Positions 7,871 through 17,969 of a DNA stretch of 64,000 nt are shown one piece after another; within the stretch, counting starts at the first letter, position 1; every line of letters begins with the position of its first letter. The stretch covers positions 2,844-66,843 of the forward strand of contig CAJVXN010000001.1 of NCBI GenBank assembly GCA_913009335.1, in the 5' to 3' direction. Position numbers and translations under genes: made by a program. The notes under the pieces are model-generated. The model ran no database searches. It had not been told where the DNA came from and worked only from the letters and a program-made list of their open reading frames with translations. Source of the DNA: an uncultured bacterium (GTDB lineage: Bacteria > Omnitrophota > Gorgyraeia > Ghiorseimicrobiales > Ghiorseimicrobiaceae).

Positions 7871-9148
7871 TTAAGGGATGGGCCTTATAAGCTGGACCTT
7901 AATCGTATCGCCTTTTTTAATCTTTGTAACATTCTCTGGTATAACTGCTATCCCATCTGCTAAAACAAGAGATTTCAATATTCCTGATCCTTGAGGACCG
8001 GTTAGTCGAGCTAAAATTTTACCATTATTAGTCTCTAATTTTACTCTTAAAAAATAGCATAAATCTTTTTTCTTCTTAATTGTCTCCTGCGAGACCGCAT
8101 AAACTTCACAATGCCGGAAGTTTTTTACTCCGCAGGACCACATTATTGCCGGACGCACAAATTCTTCAAAACAAATAAGGCTGGATACGGGATTCCCCGG
8201 CATACCAAATATTAAAACTTTCCCTAACACAGCAAATAATAAAGGTTTTCCAGGGCGCATCTTAATACACCAAAATTTAATATCGGCGCCTAATTCTATT
8301 AAGACATCTTTAACGAAATCGTAATCACCAACCGACACCCCTCCGGAAATAAGCAGCATATCGAGGTTTAAACTTATCGCCTTTTTAATCTTAGCTCGAA
8401 TTTTTAATCTTTTATCGCGAACAATACCTAAATTAACAGGCATGCTCCCACAATCTAGAACCGCGCTATAAAGACTATAGCCGTTAGAATTACGTATTTT
8501 ACCGATAGCCAAGGGCTTTCCCGGATCAACTAATTCATCGCCTGTTGAAAGAATACCTACTACTAATTTCCTATAAACGCATACCCTGGTCAAGCCTAAG
8601 GCAGCAAACATTCCTACATCCGATGGCCCAATTTTTTTACCTTTCCTTAAAACCGTATCTTTCTTTTTTATATCCTCTCCTGCATATCTTACGTTTTCCC
8701 CTTTTTTGGGCTGATGTAAAATTTTAACATGCTGCACGTCCATCTCCATAGTCTCTTCTACTTTCACTACAGAATCAGCTCCTAGAGGAAGTGGCGCTCC
8801 CGTCATTATCCGGATTGCCTGATTAAATTTTATTTTTTTCTTAGATACGACTCCTGCGGGAAGATCATCGATTATTTCAAATATCTTAGGATTGCTTTTT
8901 GATGCGCCTTTTGCGTTTCTTGAATTAATTGCAAAACCATCCATAGCTGAATTATTAAATGGAGGAATATTGATTTTTGACTTAATATCATTTGCAAGAA
9001 TTCTACCGAAAGAAGGTAAAATAGCTACCTTCTCTGATTTTACCGGGTTCATATTGGTACGTATAATACTCATTGCCTTTTTAACATCTATCATTTTATA
9101 TTTTATTCTCCATATCGTTTTGCAGTTTCTCAATTTTAACAATCCCAA
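7871..9148 (-). CDS. moeA: Molybdopterin molybdotransferase (start is probably the internal Met near 9094)
   Basis: GADSVVKVEE, ISGGVSVGDYDFVKD and GMPGNPVS MoeA motifs. Confidence 0.8.
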   Translation of the reverse strand: MGLLKLRNCKTIWRIKYKMIDVKKAMSIIRTNMNPVKSEKVAILPSFGRILANDIKSKINIPPFNNSAMDGFAINSRNAKGASKSNPKIFEIIDDLPAGVVSKKKIKFNQAIRIMTGAPLPLGADSVVKVEETMEMDVQHVKILHQPKKGENVRYAGEDIKKKDTVLRKGKKIGPSDVGMFAALGLTRVCVYRKLVVGILSTGDELVDPGKPLAIGKIRNSNGYSLYSAVLDCGSMPVNLGIVRDKRLKIRAKIKKAISLNLDMLLISGGVSVGDYDFVKDVLIELGADIKFWCIKMRPGKPLLFAVLGKVLIFGMPGNPVSSLICFEEFVRPAIMWSCGVKNFRHCEVYAVSQETIKKKKDLCYFLRVKLETNNGKILARLTGPQGSGILKSLVLADGIAVIPENVTKIKKGDTIKVQLIRPIP

Positions 9149-10280
9149 ATATAAATAAATAAGAAAAAATCAAACCTATCGCAAAACCGATTGCTATAGA
9201 TTTTAATGCAAGAGTTGTAGCTGCGGTTAAAAACATTACAAAAAAATCTGTTTTACTTACCATGTCTCGACTCACCACTGCTAATTCAAAACCTGCAAAC
9301 AATAAAAGTATCCCTAAGACACTTACTGGATATGCTGAGAATATTTTTAAACAGGCGGCCCCGAATAATAAACCTACAAATATCTTAACAATACCAAGCA
9401 AAAATACACTTCCCCCCGTTCTAGCCCCAAATCTATATTGTGCCGCTAACCCTCCTGCGCCATGGCACATGGGCATTGCTCCGAACCAACATCCGATTAA
9501 ATTCATAAGCCCAACACTAATAGCAATCCCCCTGGGATTAACCCCTTTCTTAGGAAAAAGATCCCATGATAAAGCACAAACAGCAATTACCGAGTTTAAC
9601 AAAGTTAAAGGAATCTGTGCAATCGATGCCCTCATTACCCCTACAATAAAGTCGCTTTTCCCGGGAATTATAAATCTTGGAACAGCAAACCCGATATTCA
9701 ATTCCTTAAAGATGTGGGGAGATTTTAAAAAAACCAGTATAATACCTAAACCACATACCACCAGCGCTCCCGGAAAACGCTTACTGAATAAAAACACAAG
9801 AACCAATAACATGGATATTATACCGATAGAGATACTATCATAACCAAAAAAGGTATTAGTATTAGCTACCATCTGTATCCCTGTAATAACTAATTTTAAT
9901 CCCAAACCTAACTGCAGACCCCTTACTACGCTCTTAGGTATCATCTTGTTAAGGTGTGAAATTATATTTGTTATTCCCAGTAAAAACACTACAAAACCGG
10001 TAACTAGCCCAGCAGCGAATATTTGATTAGGAGATAATCTTTCTGCGATGGCAATAATTGCAATTGCCTTCATCGGTTGTACAGCTATAGGTATGCCAAA
10101 TAACATAGCACTCAAAACACTAAACAATCCAGAAAATATTAAAATATTTGCCGGGCTAAGACCGCAGACTGTAACCAACCCCACAAATAGAGGAATAAAT
10201 ATACCCATATCACCCAAGGAACCTGCAATCTCGGATATATTAAATTTAAATGATTTTATATTATTATGAATGAAATTCAT
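9096..10280 (-). CDS. MOT1-family (SulP-related, no STAS domain) anion permease, putative molybdate transporter
   Basis: About 11 TM helices. SLGDMGIFIPLFVGL resembles the GDLGTxIP signature of MOT1 molybdate transporters. The gene is embedded between moeA and mogA. Confidence 0.5.
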   Translation of the reverse strand: MNFIHNNIKSFKFNISEIAGSLGDMGIFIPLFVGLVTVCGLSPANILIFSGLFSVLSAMLFGIPIAVQPMKAIAIIAIAERLSPNQIFAAGLVTGFVVFLLGITNIISHLNKMIPKSVVRGLQLGLGLKLVITGIQMVANTNTFFGYDSISIGIISMLLVLVFLFSKRFPGALVVCGLGIILVFLKSPHIFKELNIGFAVPRFIIPGKSDFIVGVMRASIAQIPLTLLNSVIAVCALSWDLFPKKGVNPRGIAISVGLMNLIGCWFGAMPMCHGAGGLAAQYRFGARTGGSVFLLGIVKIFVGLLFGAACLKIFSAYPVSVLGILLLFAGFELAVVSRDMVSKTDFFVMFLTAATTLALKSIAIGFAIGLIFSYLFIFGIVKIEKLQNDMENKI

Positions 10281-10298
10281 TCTTTGACTAAAAACTAT

Positions 10299-10811
10299 TT
10301 AATGTTCTCTTCCAAGAATCATATCTAAGCCATGGGGTAATTCTTCTATAATCGCCTCCAAAGACTCCTTCGCGCCCTTAGAACTACCGGGAAGATTAAT
10401 TATAAGAGTATTCTCTCGTAATCCAGCAACACCCCTTGAAAGCATTGCCCGTTTAGTAATATGCAGACAGCTAACTCTCATTGCTTCCGATATCCCCGGA
10501 ACCTGTTTATGAACAATTTCCAAAGTTGCCTCGGGAGTAGAATCCCTTGGCCCCAACCCCGTTCCCCCGGTGGTAAATACAACATCTAACTTAAGGTTAT
10601 CAGAATAATGAATAAGTTTTTCTTTAATCATGTCAGGCTCATCAGGCACTATTTCATATATTGCAAGTTCATAATTTTTTGACTTTAAAATTTCTAGAAT
10701 AATCTTACCGCTCTTATCCTCCCTCTCCCCTTTAGAGCATTTATCACTTATAGTTAAAACTCCCGCTTTATACATTTGATTCCCCTTTTTTCTGAGTAGC
10801 AACAATCTCAT
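10299..10811 (-). CDS. mogA: Molybdenum cofactor biosynthesis protein MogA/MoaB
   Basis: TTGGTGLGPRDSTPEA motif. 170 aa. Confidence 0.8.
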   Translation of the reverse strand: MRLLLLRKKGNQMYKAGVLTISDKCSKGEREDKSGKIILEILKSKNYELAIYEIVPDEPDMIKEKLIHYSDNLKLDVVFTTGGTGLGPRDSTPEATLEIVHKQVPGISEAMRVSCLHITKRAMLSRGVAGLRENTLIINLPGSSKGAKESLEAIIEELPHGLDMILGREH

Positions 10812-11229
10812 CTCCTGGCCTTATGACTCCTGCCTTTAAAACAGTCGCAAAAATACCTTCAGTAGGCATAACACAGTCTCCCGCCTGATAATAAATAGCA
10901 CATCTTGTGTGACACTCTTTACCTATCTGGCTTATTGCTAAAACAGCATCTTTACCTATCTTTACTCTATCTCCGATATTAAGCGTTAGAAGATCAATGT
11001 CTTTTGTTGTAATATTTTCAGCAAAATCACCAGGACCTACATCAAGCCCTTTTTTTCTTATCTTTTCTATAGACTCAATAGCTAAAAAACTTACCTCTCG
11101 GCCACTCCCGGCATGAGCGTCATTTAAAACCCCAAAGTTTTCGCGCAATTCTACCATTGGCACGTTTTTCTTTTTAACGCCTTTACTTTTTGAAATTGAT
11201 GTTGCGATTATTTTTCCTTTTATCATCAT
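10768..11229 (-). CDS. MOSC-domain protein
   Basis: About 150 aa with a beta-barrel-type sequence and a conserved Cys (GKECHTRC). Moco neighbourhood. Confidence 0.5.
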   Translation of the reverse strand: MMIKGKIIATSISKSKGVKKKNVPMVELRENFGVLNDAHAGSGREVSFLAIESIEKIRKKGLDVGPGDFAENITTKDIDLLTLNIGDRVKIGKDAVLAISQIGKECHTRCAIYYQAGDCVMPTEGIFATVLKAGVIRPGDEIVATQKKGESNV

Positions 11230-11282
11230 GTTATATTTGCTTATATCTTATCTTCTATCCATATGGATAAGTCTACTACAAT

Positions 11283-11645
11283 TTATTTATTAAGACCTCC
11301 CAGAATATCATCAACCCAAGATAGTGACGCCATGGCTCTGGGCCAGCCAATAGTAGTAATAGCTAAAATCGCAGCATGGTAGATTTCTTCATCGCCTATT
11401 CCCGCTTTTTTACATTTACGGACATGAGAATGCACCCCGCCCTCAAGACCTGCCCCAATAGCAATGCCCAGCTTAACCAACCTCTGCGCGCGCTCATCAA
11501 TAGCGCCGACTCCTCTGACAGACTCTCCTAACTTTGTATAACTTTCCCAAACTTGCGGATATTTCTTAATGACTTTTTGTAAAAATTCAGGTAATTCTTT
11601 ATTCATCTCTGCCTCCTCAATGAGTACACGATTTACGGAATGCAA
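11283..11645 (-). CDS. Carboxymuconolactone decarboxylase / AhpD-like family protein
   Basis: 120 aa. A helical AhpD-like core (GGVHSHVRKCKKAGIGDEEIYHAAIL). Confidence 0.5.
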   Translation of the reverse strand: MHSVNRVLIEEAEMNKELPEFLQKVIKKYPQVWESYTKLGESVRGVGAIDERAQRLVKLGIAIGAGLEGGVHSHVRKCKKAGIGDEEIYHAAILAITTIGWPRAMASLSWVDDILGGLNK

Positions 11646-11739
11646 ATCGTAAGTACGAATTGATCCCGCCGAATATTTAAAAATTATCGTAGAAAATTTT
11701 CAAATAGATTATGAGGCGGGGTAACATTCAATTGCCTTA

Positions 11740-12666
11740 CTATCCCCCAACACTAGACATATATACCCCTGATTCCTCCCAGCTAGTATAATCAATAGCA
11801 TCCTTTGTAGACATTAAATTTTTTATCTTGGCCTTAATAAAGCTATCTTCTACACCGCTTCTTAAGAAATCTCTCAAAGATACACCCTTAGGCTGATAAA
11901 GACATAATTTTAACTCCCCTATCGCAGTTAACCTTAAACGTGAGCACATTCGGCAATTTAAGCTATGTGTCTTTATAAACCCGATTATTCCATCACTATA
12001 TCGATAATATTCTGCTGGCCCTAAATTCCGGTATCCTATCCATTCAAGGCCAAATTTACTATGACAAATATTTCTAACTTTCTCAATCGGCACAAAAAAA
12101 CTTTCCTCCCATAAAGGGGTAACCTTCATAAATTCAATAAATCTTAAAATCAAATTATTCTCCTGGGCAAAATTAACAAAATCAACTATCTCATCATCAT
12201 TAACCTGCTTTCTTACTACTACATTTAGCTTTACAGTATTAAAAAGCTTTCGAGCGCGATTAATACCATCTAGAACCTGACCAAGAAGATCTTTTCCTGT
12301 TATTGACTTAAACCGCTCTTGTCTAAGAGTATCCAGGCTTATATTCATGCTTTTAAGTCCTGCATTTTTTAAATCTTTTACATAAGAAGAAAGAAGGATT
12401 CCGTTAGTGGTAAGGCAGATTTCTTCTAAACCATCTATTTGGCTAATATTTTTCACTAAATCCACTATACCTTTTCTTACTAAAGGCTCCCCTCCGGTAA
12501 GACGTATTTTTTTTATACCTAAATCAGCGAAGATTTTTAAAAACCGCAATATCTCTTCAAAACTAAGTATCGCCTCATGCGGCTGAGTAACAATTCCTTC
12601 CTTAGGTATGCAGTATCCGCATCTTAAATTGCAACGGTCAGTAATAGAAAGTCTTAAATATCCCAT
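11740..12666 (-). CDS. moaA: GTP 3',8-cyclase (radical SAM)
   Basis: LRLSITDRCNLRCGYCIP. C-terminal Cys motif for the second cluster. 308 aa. Confidence 0.85.
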   Translation of the reverse strand: MGYLRLSITDRCNLRCGYCIPKEGIVTQPHEAILSFEEILRFLKIFADLGIKKIRLTGGEPLVRKGIVDLVKNISQIDGLEEICLTTNGILLSSYVKDLKNAGLKSMNISLDTLRQERFKSITGKDLLGQVLDGINRARKLFNTVKLNVVVRKQVNDDEIVDFVNFAQENNLILRFIEFMKVTPLWEESFFVPIEKVRNICHSKFGLEWIGYRNLGPAEYYRYSDGIIGFIKTHSLNCRMCSRLRLTAIGELKLCLYQPKGVSLRDFLRSGVEDSFIKAKIKNLMSTKDAIDYTSWEESGVYMSSVGG

Positions 12667-13368
12667 TTATACTCGTTTTTTATAAGTAAATTTAGAAAAA
12701 ATTACTCCCATCTCATACAATAAAATCAGGGGCAGGGCCATTAATACTTGAGTAACAACATCCGGAGGAGTCATAAGTGCTGCAGCGATAAAAACCAACA
12801 CGATCGCTTCTCTCCTTCTTGCTGCTAAAGTAGCTGGGGTAACTATCCCAACTTTAGTTAAAAAAATAAGGGCTATAGGTAACTGAAACACGATAGCAAA
12901 CGCAAAAGATAGGCTTGCTACAAAAGAGATATAATTACTTATGGAAATCATGGGAGTCAAAAAATCAGTCTCAAAACCCAAAAGAAACTTTACCCCCAAA
13001 GGTGTAATAACAGAATATCCGAATATCAACCCTGATGCAAAAAGAAGAAAAGAAACTGGACCAAAAAAGTAAATAAGTCGTCGCTCATCAATCATCAACC
13101 CCGAAGAGATAAATTTCCAAACCTGATAAAGTATAAAAGGCGACGAAATAATTAATCCTACAAACAATGCGATCTTTATATTGGCAATGAATGCTTCTTG
13201 AGGAGCAATAAATACAAGCTTACCAGCGGGTTTTATCAAAGAAGGCAAAATTTTATCACTAAAGCTATAGATAGCTATCGAACAAATCACCAAAAAAATT
13301 AAGGACCTAATAATACAACTCCTTAATTCATCTAAATGCTCGACTAAAGATAGTTTTTCATCTTTCAT
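12667..13368 (-). CDS. tatC: Twin-arginine translocase subunit TatC
   Basis: Six-TM protein. HLDELRSCIIRSL N-terminus typical of TatC. Confidence 0.8.
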   Translation of the reverse strand: MKDEKLSLVEHLDELRSCIIRSLIFLVICSIAIYSFSDKILPSLIKPAGKLVFIAPQEAFIANIKIALFVGLIISSPFILYQVWKFISSGLMIDERRLIYFFGPVSFLLFASGLIFGYSVITPLGVKFLLGFETDFLTPMISISNYISFVASLSFAFAIVFQLPIALIFLTKVGIVTPATLAARRREAIVLVFIAAALMTPPDVVTQVLMALPLILLYEMGVIFSKFTYKKRV

Positions 13369-13403
13369 CTATAATAAAATTAAATACTTGCAACAAAATA
13401 TAA

Positions 13404-13586
13404 TTATTTCTTTTTTTCTTCGTTGGTTGCGTCTTTAATATCATCTTTAATTTCTTTAGCCCCCTTCTTAAACTCCTTAATCGAGCGACCCAAAGCACGG
13501 GCAATCTCAGGAAGACGCGTTGCTCCAAATAATACCAGGACTATCAACAAAATTACAATAAGCTCTCCCATCCCAAACCGAAACAT
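13404..13586 (-). CDS. tatA: Twin-arginine translocase subunit TatA/E
   Basis: MFRFGMGELIVILLIVLVLFGATRLPEIARALG: a TM helix, an FG hinge and an amphipathic helix. Confidence 0.8.
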   Translation of the reverse strand: MFRFGMGELIVILLIVLVLFGATRLPEIARALGRSIKEFKKGAKEIKDDIKDATNEEKKK

Positions 13587-13696
13587 AATACCCTCCTATG
13601 CTAAAATTACAGTGTTTTTATAATAATTAAACCATTACATAATAAAATTCAAAATAAATAGTTTGTATCAGGAATAAAAAAGAGAGGCAAAAACTA

Positions 13697-14314
13697 TTAA
13701 TAACCAGAATTACACCTACTTGTAAGATTTCTCTGGTCTTCTTCAATAAATGATCTTGTAAGTCGGGCTAATTTTCTATAAAAGGCCTGATGAGCACCTG
13801 CTTCTACGCTAGCAGTAAACTTATTCACCCATCTACCAAGGTGCATACCCAAAAAAGATGCCTGCTTCTGACAATAACCAAAAGCAGTATTAGAATCCTT
13901 ATTTTTCATCGATTCTGCCTCTCTAAAAATAAGCAAATACATGAATTCTAATTCTACGGCAATATGGTCAGGTGCCTCCCTTACAGTAATATCTAAGCCT
14001 TCTTTCCTGTACCACTTTTTTACATCCATAGTTGAGTCACCCATAATTCTTCTTGCGCCCTCAAGATAAACCGACCCATAAGGGGGTGCGAGTAACTTGT
14101 ATGGCCCGAGGAAAAGTTTTGAGTAATCAATTTTTAACGATACGATGTCATCTACCTCTGGAATATTCTTGATAACTTCCAGAGTCAAGCCATTTTGTGA
14201 TTCTTTAAATGCTTTTAATGCTCCGATCAACTTCTCATCCGGGGCGTAATAGCAATCTGACAATAACTTATATAAATCAGACCTCACATTGTCACAAACT
14301 AAATCATTCTTCAT
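13697..14314 (-). CDS. TorD/DmsD/NarJ-family redox-enzyme maturation chaperone
   Basis: KLFLGPYKLLAPPYGSVY and EAPDHIAVELEFMYLL motifs. It lies directly downstream of the Mo-enzyme catalytic subunit. Confidence 0.7.
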   Translation of the reverse strand: MKNDLVCDNVRSDLYKLLSDCYYAPDEKLIGALKAFKESQNGLTLEVIKNIPEVDDIVSLKIDYSKLFLGPYKLLAPPYGSVYLEGARRIMGDSTMDVKKWYRKEGLDITVREAPDHIAVELEFMYLLIFREAESMKNKDSNTAFGYCQKQASFLGMHLGRWVNKFTASVEAGAHQAFYRKLARLTRSFIEEDQRNLTSRCNSGY

Positions 14315-16896
14315 TAAAGTTTTACTATTTTAACCCTAGTCAAGGCATAAAATGCCGAAGACCCGCTCAAACGGTCATAATCGGCAGGAATAATAGTATT
14401 GTTATTCCCTCCTCTTGCAACCTTGCCAAACTTTTTAGCGGCTACTTTCCCATAAGCCCAATGTCCTTGCCCGTAACATTTTGCAACAGTTCCGGGACGC
14501 ACGCCTTCCCATAACTTTGCCGTACATTCAATCTCGCCAATTTTAGAAATCAGTTTAATTTTATCTCCGTTTTTTATTCCTACCTTACTAGCATCAACGG
14601 AATTTATCTTAGCTACATCATCCCAAGCCTCATCTCCCGGATCAATATCTTTCAACTCCTGATACCAAGTACAATTTGCGGACCTACCTTCTCTATTTAG
14701 GCGGGATTTGTAATCTACAAGCTGAAAAGGAAACTCACTCTTCCTCCCCCAGACAAACGGCTCTTCATAATGAGGCATAAATGCTTTATCTCCTCTAGCT
14801 TGATATTTACAAAGACTCATAATTTTATCAATACTTGTTTTATATTTCTCTGCGTGTTGAGTTAAAGCTGCCTTCAATGTTTCACTATAAAACTCGAACT
14901 TTTTTGTTTTAGTTTTCATCTTCCCCCATCTTGCCCTGTAATGATAAGGATCTGAATTCCAAACACCCCTAGCGGTAAAGTCTTTCCAGCCGCTTAATTT
15001 ATCACCGCCTTTATATTCCTTTGGATCCCAAAGGTTCCTGGTAACATACTTAAGAGCATAAAGAGCAAACTCTTTTTCGTTGGCTGGCGATTTACCAGTT
15101 TCAGGATCTTTGTATTCCATGTAATGCATGAGAAGATTATCAAATCCCCTATCGCTAAGTTTTTCAGCAAGTAACCAAGGAATCTCGGATTCATCTGTTC
15201 GAATATCCCATACCAAATCAGTAACAGGCTTAAGCAGAGTAACATGGCGATACGCGTTTCCGTGTGATTTAACATAACCCCATTTCTCAAACATATGATG
15301 CGTAGAAGGTAAAACTATGTCCGCAAACCAGGTAAATTCAGCGGCATGTGTGGTAATATGTACGGTAAAAGGGATTTTGCTTAAGGCTTTTTCCCAACGT
15401 TCAGTTCCAGGACAGGAAAAAGGAAAATTATTCATATAGGCAATGACTACCTTTATTTCGTTAGGATCCTTATCCAATATCGCATCTGCTACTCTATTAG
15501 TAACAACCCCACTACCAGGCTTACCTTTTTTCAAAGCAGGAAACTCTTTTGTACCTCTATGATCCATCTTCTTATGCTTTTTCCCTTTTTTGGCAATCTC
15601 GTCCATAAATGAATCGGGCTTGGGGAATTTCCCTGTATACTCCTTATTAGCCTTAAGAGTCCCCCCTAAATTATCTACTGATCCTACTAGCCCATTGAGC
15701 GCATGTGTCGCCATGGCCCCATAACATCCTCTAACCTGCATAGAAGGACCACCGCCAACCCAACAAATAGCATGCGGGGCAGCTTTGGCAAAGCCTATAG
15801 CTACTCTCTTTATCTGTTCGACACTTATCCCTGTTATTTTTGCTGCCCATTCCGGCGTCTTATCTTTTAATTCAACATTCCACCATTTAATCAGTCCATA
15901 CGTATATTTCTCCTGAAAAGTAAGTTTTTTATTAACTTCTCCCTTTAGAGTAAATTCTTCGAGGATTCTTTTTTTCGGTATAAATTCTTTCACAGGAGAA
16001 TCCTTATCAAAATCTCCAACGAAATCTTTATACCATAAGCCATTAGTAAGGATAACATGAGCGAAGGCCGATGCCAAAGCTCCATCTTCTCCGGGCTTAA
16101 TCGGCAACCACTCATCAGCCTTTGTAGCTGTAGCTGAAAATCGAGGATCTACAACAGCAACTTCTGCCCTATCAAGCATATCTCCCCATTCACTTAGATA
16201 ATAAGAAACCTGCCGATTAGCAGAAACAGGATCAGCGCCCCAAAGAAGCACATATCTAGCATTCTTAATATCATATTGCCGATAACCCCATAATCCTTCG
16301 GTATAATAAGATCCGAATTTTTCCGCCTCAGCACAAATTGCACTATGAGAAATATTATTGGGAGAGCCGATGATTTTAGTCATGCGGTCATAGATAATAT
16401 CGCGCATATAAGAGTATCTTCCCCTCATAAGCATATACTTGTGTGTTTCATTATTATTCCTGAGTTCCATTATTTTATCTGCTACAGTATTAAGAGCCTC
16501 ATCCCAAGATATAGGAACAAATCCAGGATCTTCATTTCTACCTTTCTTAGGATTAGTCCTTTTCATCGGTAATTTGATCCTATCCGGGTCATAAACTTGC
16601 TGAAGAGCCATATGGGATCTTGGACAGCTTGCTTTTCCGTTTACCTTTGAGTTTGCGTTTCCTCTAACTTTAACAGCTCTACCATCAACTACATAAACCT
16701 CCACAGAACACCAGGAAGTACATCCCTGACAAGTAGTTGCCTTCCACTCACCGGAAGCTGCAAATAAAGGCTTATCCGTTGCAGCAAAAGCCCGCAAAAC
16801 AGGTTTAAGATTATAAGCAACTGTTGCTACTACTCCGGTAGCTGCTGCAGTTTTCATAAAAGCTCGACGACTCAATTTTTTCTTCGCAATATCCAT
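14314..16896 (-). CDS. Tat-exported molybdopterin oxidoreductase catalytic (A) subunit, Psr/Phs/Ttr/Arr-like clade; substrate unknown
   Basis: Tat signal LSRRAFMKTAAATGVVA. N-terminal C-x2-C-x3-C-x~30-C 4Fe-4S motif (CQGCTSWCS...CPRSH). 860 aa. Confidence 0.75.
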   Translation of the reverse strand: MDIAKKKLSRRAFMKTAAATGVVATVAYNLKPVLRAFAATDKPLFAASGEWKATTCQGCTSWCSVEVYVVDGRAVKVRGNANSKVNGKASCPRSHMALQQVYDPDRIKLPMKRTNPKKGRNEDPGFVPISWDEALNTVADKIMELRNNNETHKYMLMRGRYSYMRDIIYDRMTKIIGSPNNISHSAICAEAEKFGSYYTEGLWGYRQYDIKNARYVLLWGADPVSANRQVSYYLSEWGDMLDRAEVAVVDPRFSATATKADEWLPIKPGEDGALASAFAHVILTNGLWYKDFVGDFDKDSPVKEFIPKKRILEEFTLKGEVNKKLTFQEKYTYGLIKWWNVELKDKTPEWAAKITGISVEQIKRVAIGFAKAAPHAICWVGGGPSMQVRGCYGAMATHALNGLVGSVDNLGGTLKANKEYTGKFPKPDSFMDEIAKKGKKHKKMDHRGTKEFPALKKGKPGSGVVTNRVADAILDKDPNEIKVVIAYMNNFPFSCPGTERWEKALSKIPFTVHITTHAAEFTWFADIVLPSTHHMFEKWGYVKSHGNAYRHVTLLKPVTDLVWDIRTDESEIPWLLAEKLSDRGFDNLLMHYMEYKDPETGKSPANEKEFALYALKYVTRNLWDPKEYKGGDKLSGWKDFTARGVWNSDPYHYRARWGKMKTKTKKFEFYSETLKAALTQHAEKYKTSIDKIMSLCKYQARGDKAFMPHYEEPFVWGRKSEFPFQLVDYKSRLNREGRSANCTWYQELKDIDPGDEAWDDVAKINSVDASKVGIKNGDKIKLISKIGEIECTAKLWEGVRPGTVAKCYGQGHWAYGKVAAKKFGKVARGGNNNTIIPADYDRLSGSSAFYALTRVKIVKL

Positions 16897-16983
16897 ATCT
16901 CTTCTCCCCTCCCCTTAAAAACTCTTTCGATATATTACATCTTAAGTGATACCAGAAAACTTAGAAAAAATACAATACTTTCT

Positions 16984-17877
16984 CTATAGACTCCCTACAG
17001 ATTTTTTATATACAGCAGGATTATAATTTCTTACGTAAAATACCTTGGGTTCTGTCCCCAGGTGTTCCTTAAGCCGCATTGGGCGATATTTTCCAATAAC
17101 CTGATTTACTTTGCTATTAGGATCATTTAAGTCTCCGAATATCCTTGCTTCGGCTGGACATCTCATTACACAATAGGGTAACTTTCCTTTCTTTACTCTA
17201 TGGTCGCAAAAAGTGCATTTCTCTACAATACCTTTACGCCTTAAACCAGAACCCTTCTTATTTTGTTCTCTATCCGGATTATAATAAGGAACCACCCTCC
17301 CCTTCACATCCTTACTAACATCCTCTGGCGAATCAGTACAACCTTTTATCAAAGCTTTTCTATCTCTCCAAAACCGATGAGTTTCTTCTTCGTTAAAATA
17401 AATTACCCCCTCATACGGACAAGCCTCCATACATGCTAAGCATCCTATGCAAAGCTCTGGCTCTTGGGCAACTATATCACCATCTGCTTTATGCCTAGCT
17501 GATGTTGGACACACTTCCACGCAGGGCGGCTTTTCACAATGATTGCATAATGTCGGTATATAATCATATCTAACATTGGGGAATTTACCTGCTGTAGTAC
17601 TTTTCTTGTAAGACCAAGTCGCGCCCTCCTGTAAATTGTTTTCATTTTTGCAAGAAATTATACAACCCCCGCATCCGGTGCATCTTTGAAGATCCAATAC
17701 CATTGCCAAGCGTTTCCCAGATAAGGGTTTTTTATCGGCAAAAACTTCTTTTGCGCTCATTGCTCCCGCTACCGATACAGCTACGGCCCCGCTCATCTTT
17801 AAAAAATCTCTTCGCGAAACTTTCTTTTTTTGCAGGATATTGCCTGCAGCATTCTTTTTATTTTTTATCTTAAGCAT
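16984..17877 (-). CDS. Tat-exported 4x[4Fe-4S] ferredoxin-type electron-transfer (B) subunit
   Basis: Tat motif VSRRDFLKMSGAVAVS. Four CxxCxxCxxxCP-type clusters. 297 aa. Confidence 0.75.
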   Translation of the reverse strand: MLKIKNKKNAAGNILQKKKVSRRDFLKMSGAVAVSVAGAMSAKEVFADKKPLSGKRLAMVLDLQRCTGCGGCIISCKNENNLQEGATWSYKKSTTAGKFPNVRYDYIPTLCNHCEKPPCVEVCPTSARHKADGDIVAQEPELCIGCLACMEACPYEGVIYFNEEETHRFWRDRKALIKGCTDSPEDVSKDVKGRVVPYYNPDREQNKKGSGLRRKGIVEKCTFCDHRVKKGKLPYCVMRCPAEARIFGDLNDPNSKVNQVIGKYRPMRLKEHLGTEPKVFYVRNYNPAVYKKSVGSL

Positions 17878-17969
17878 ACCTCCCCCTATCGTTATAAACC
17901 AATAAGCAGCCTATTGAAAACCAGGCTACTTATTGGCCATTAATTGATATCTTGCGATTATATTAAACA

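Noticed and set aside
14994-15290. 98-aa minus-strand ORF nested in the molybdoenzyme gene in another frame
   Set aside because: It lies entirely within the 860-aa catalytic subunit gene. It is an alternate-frame artefact.
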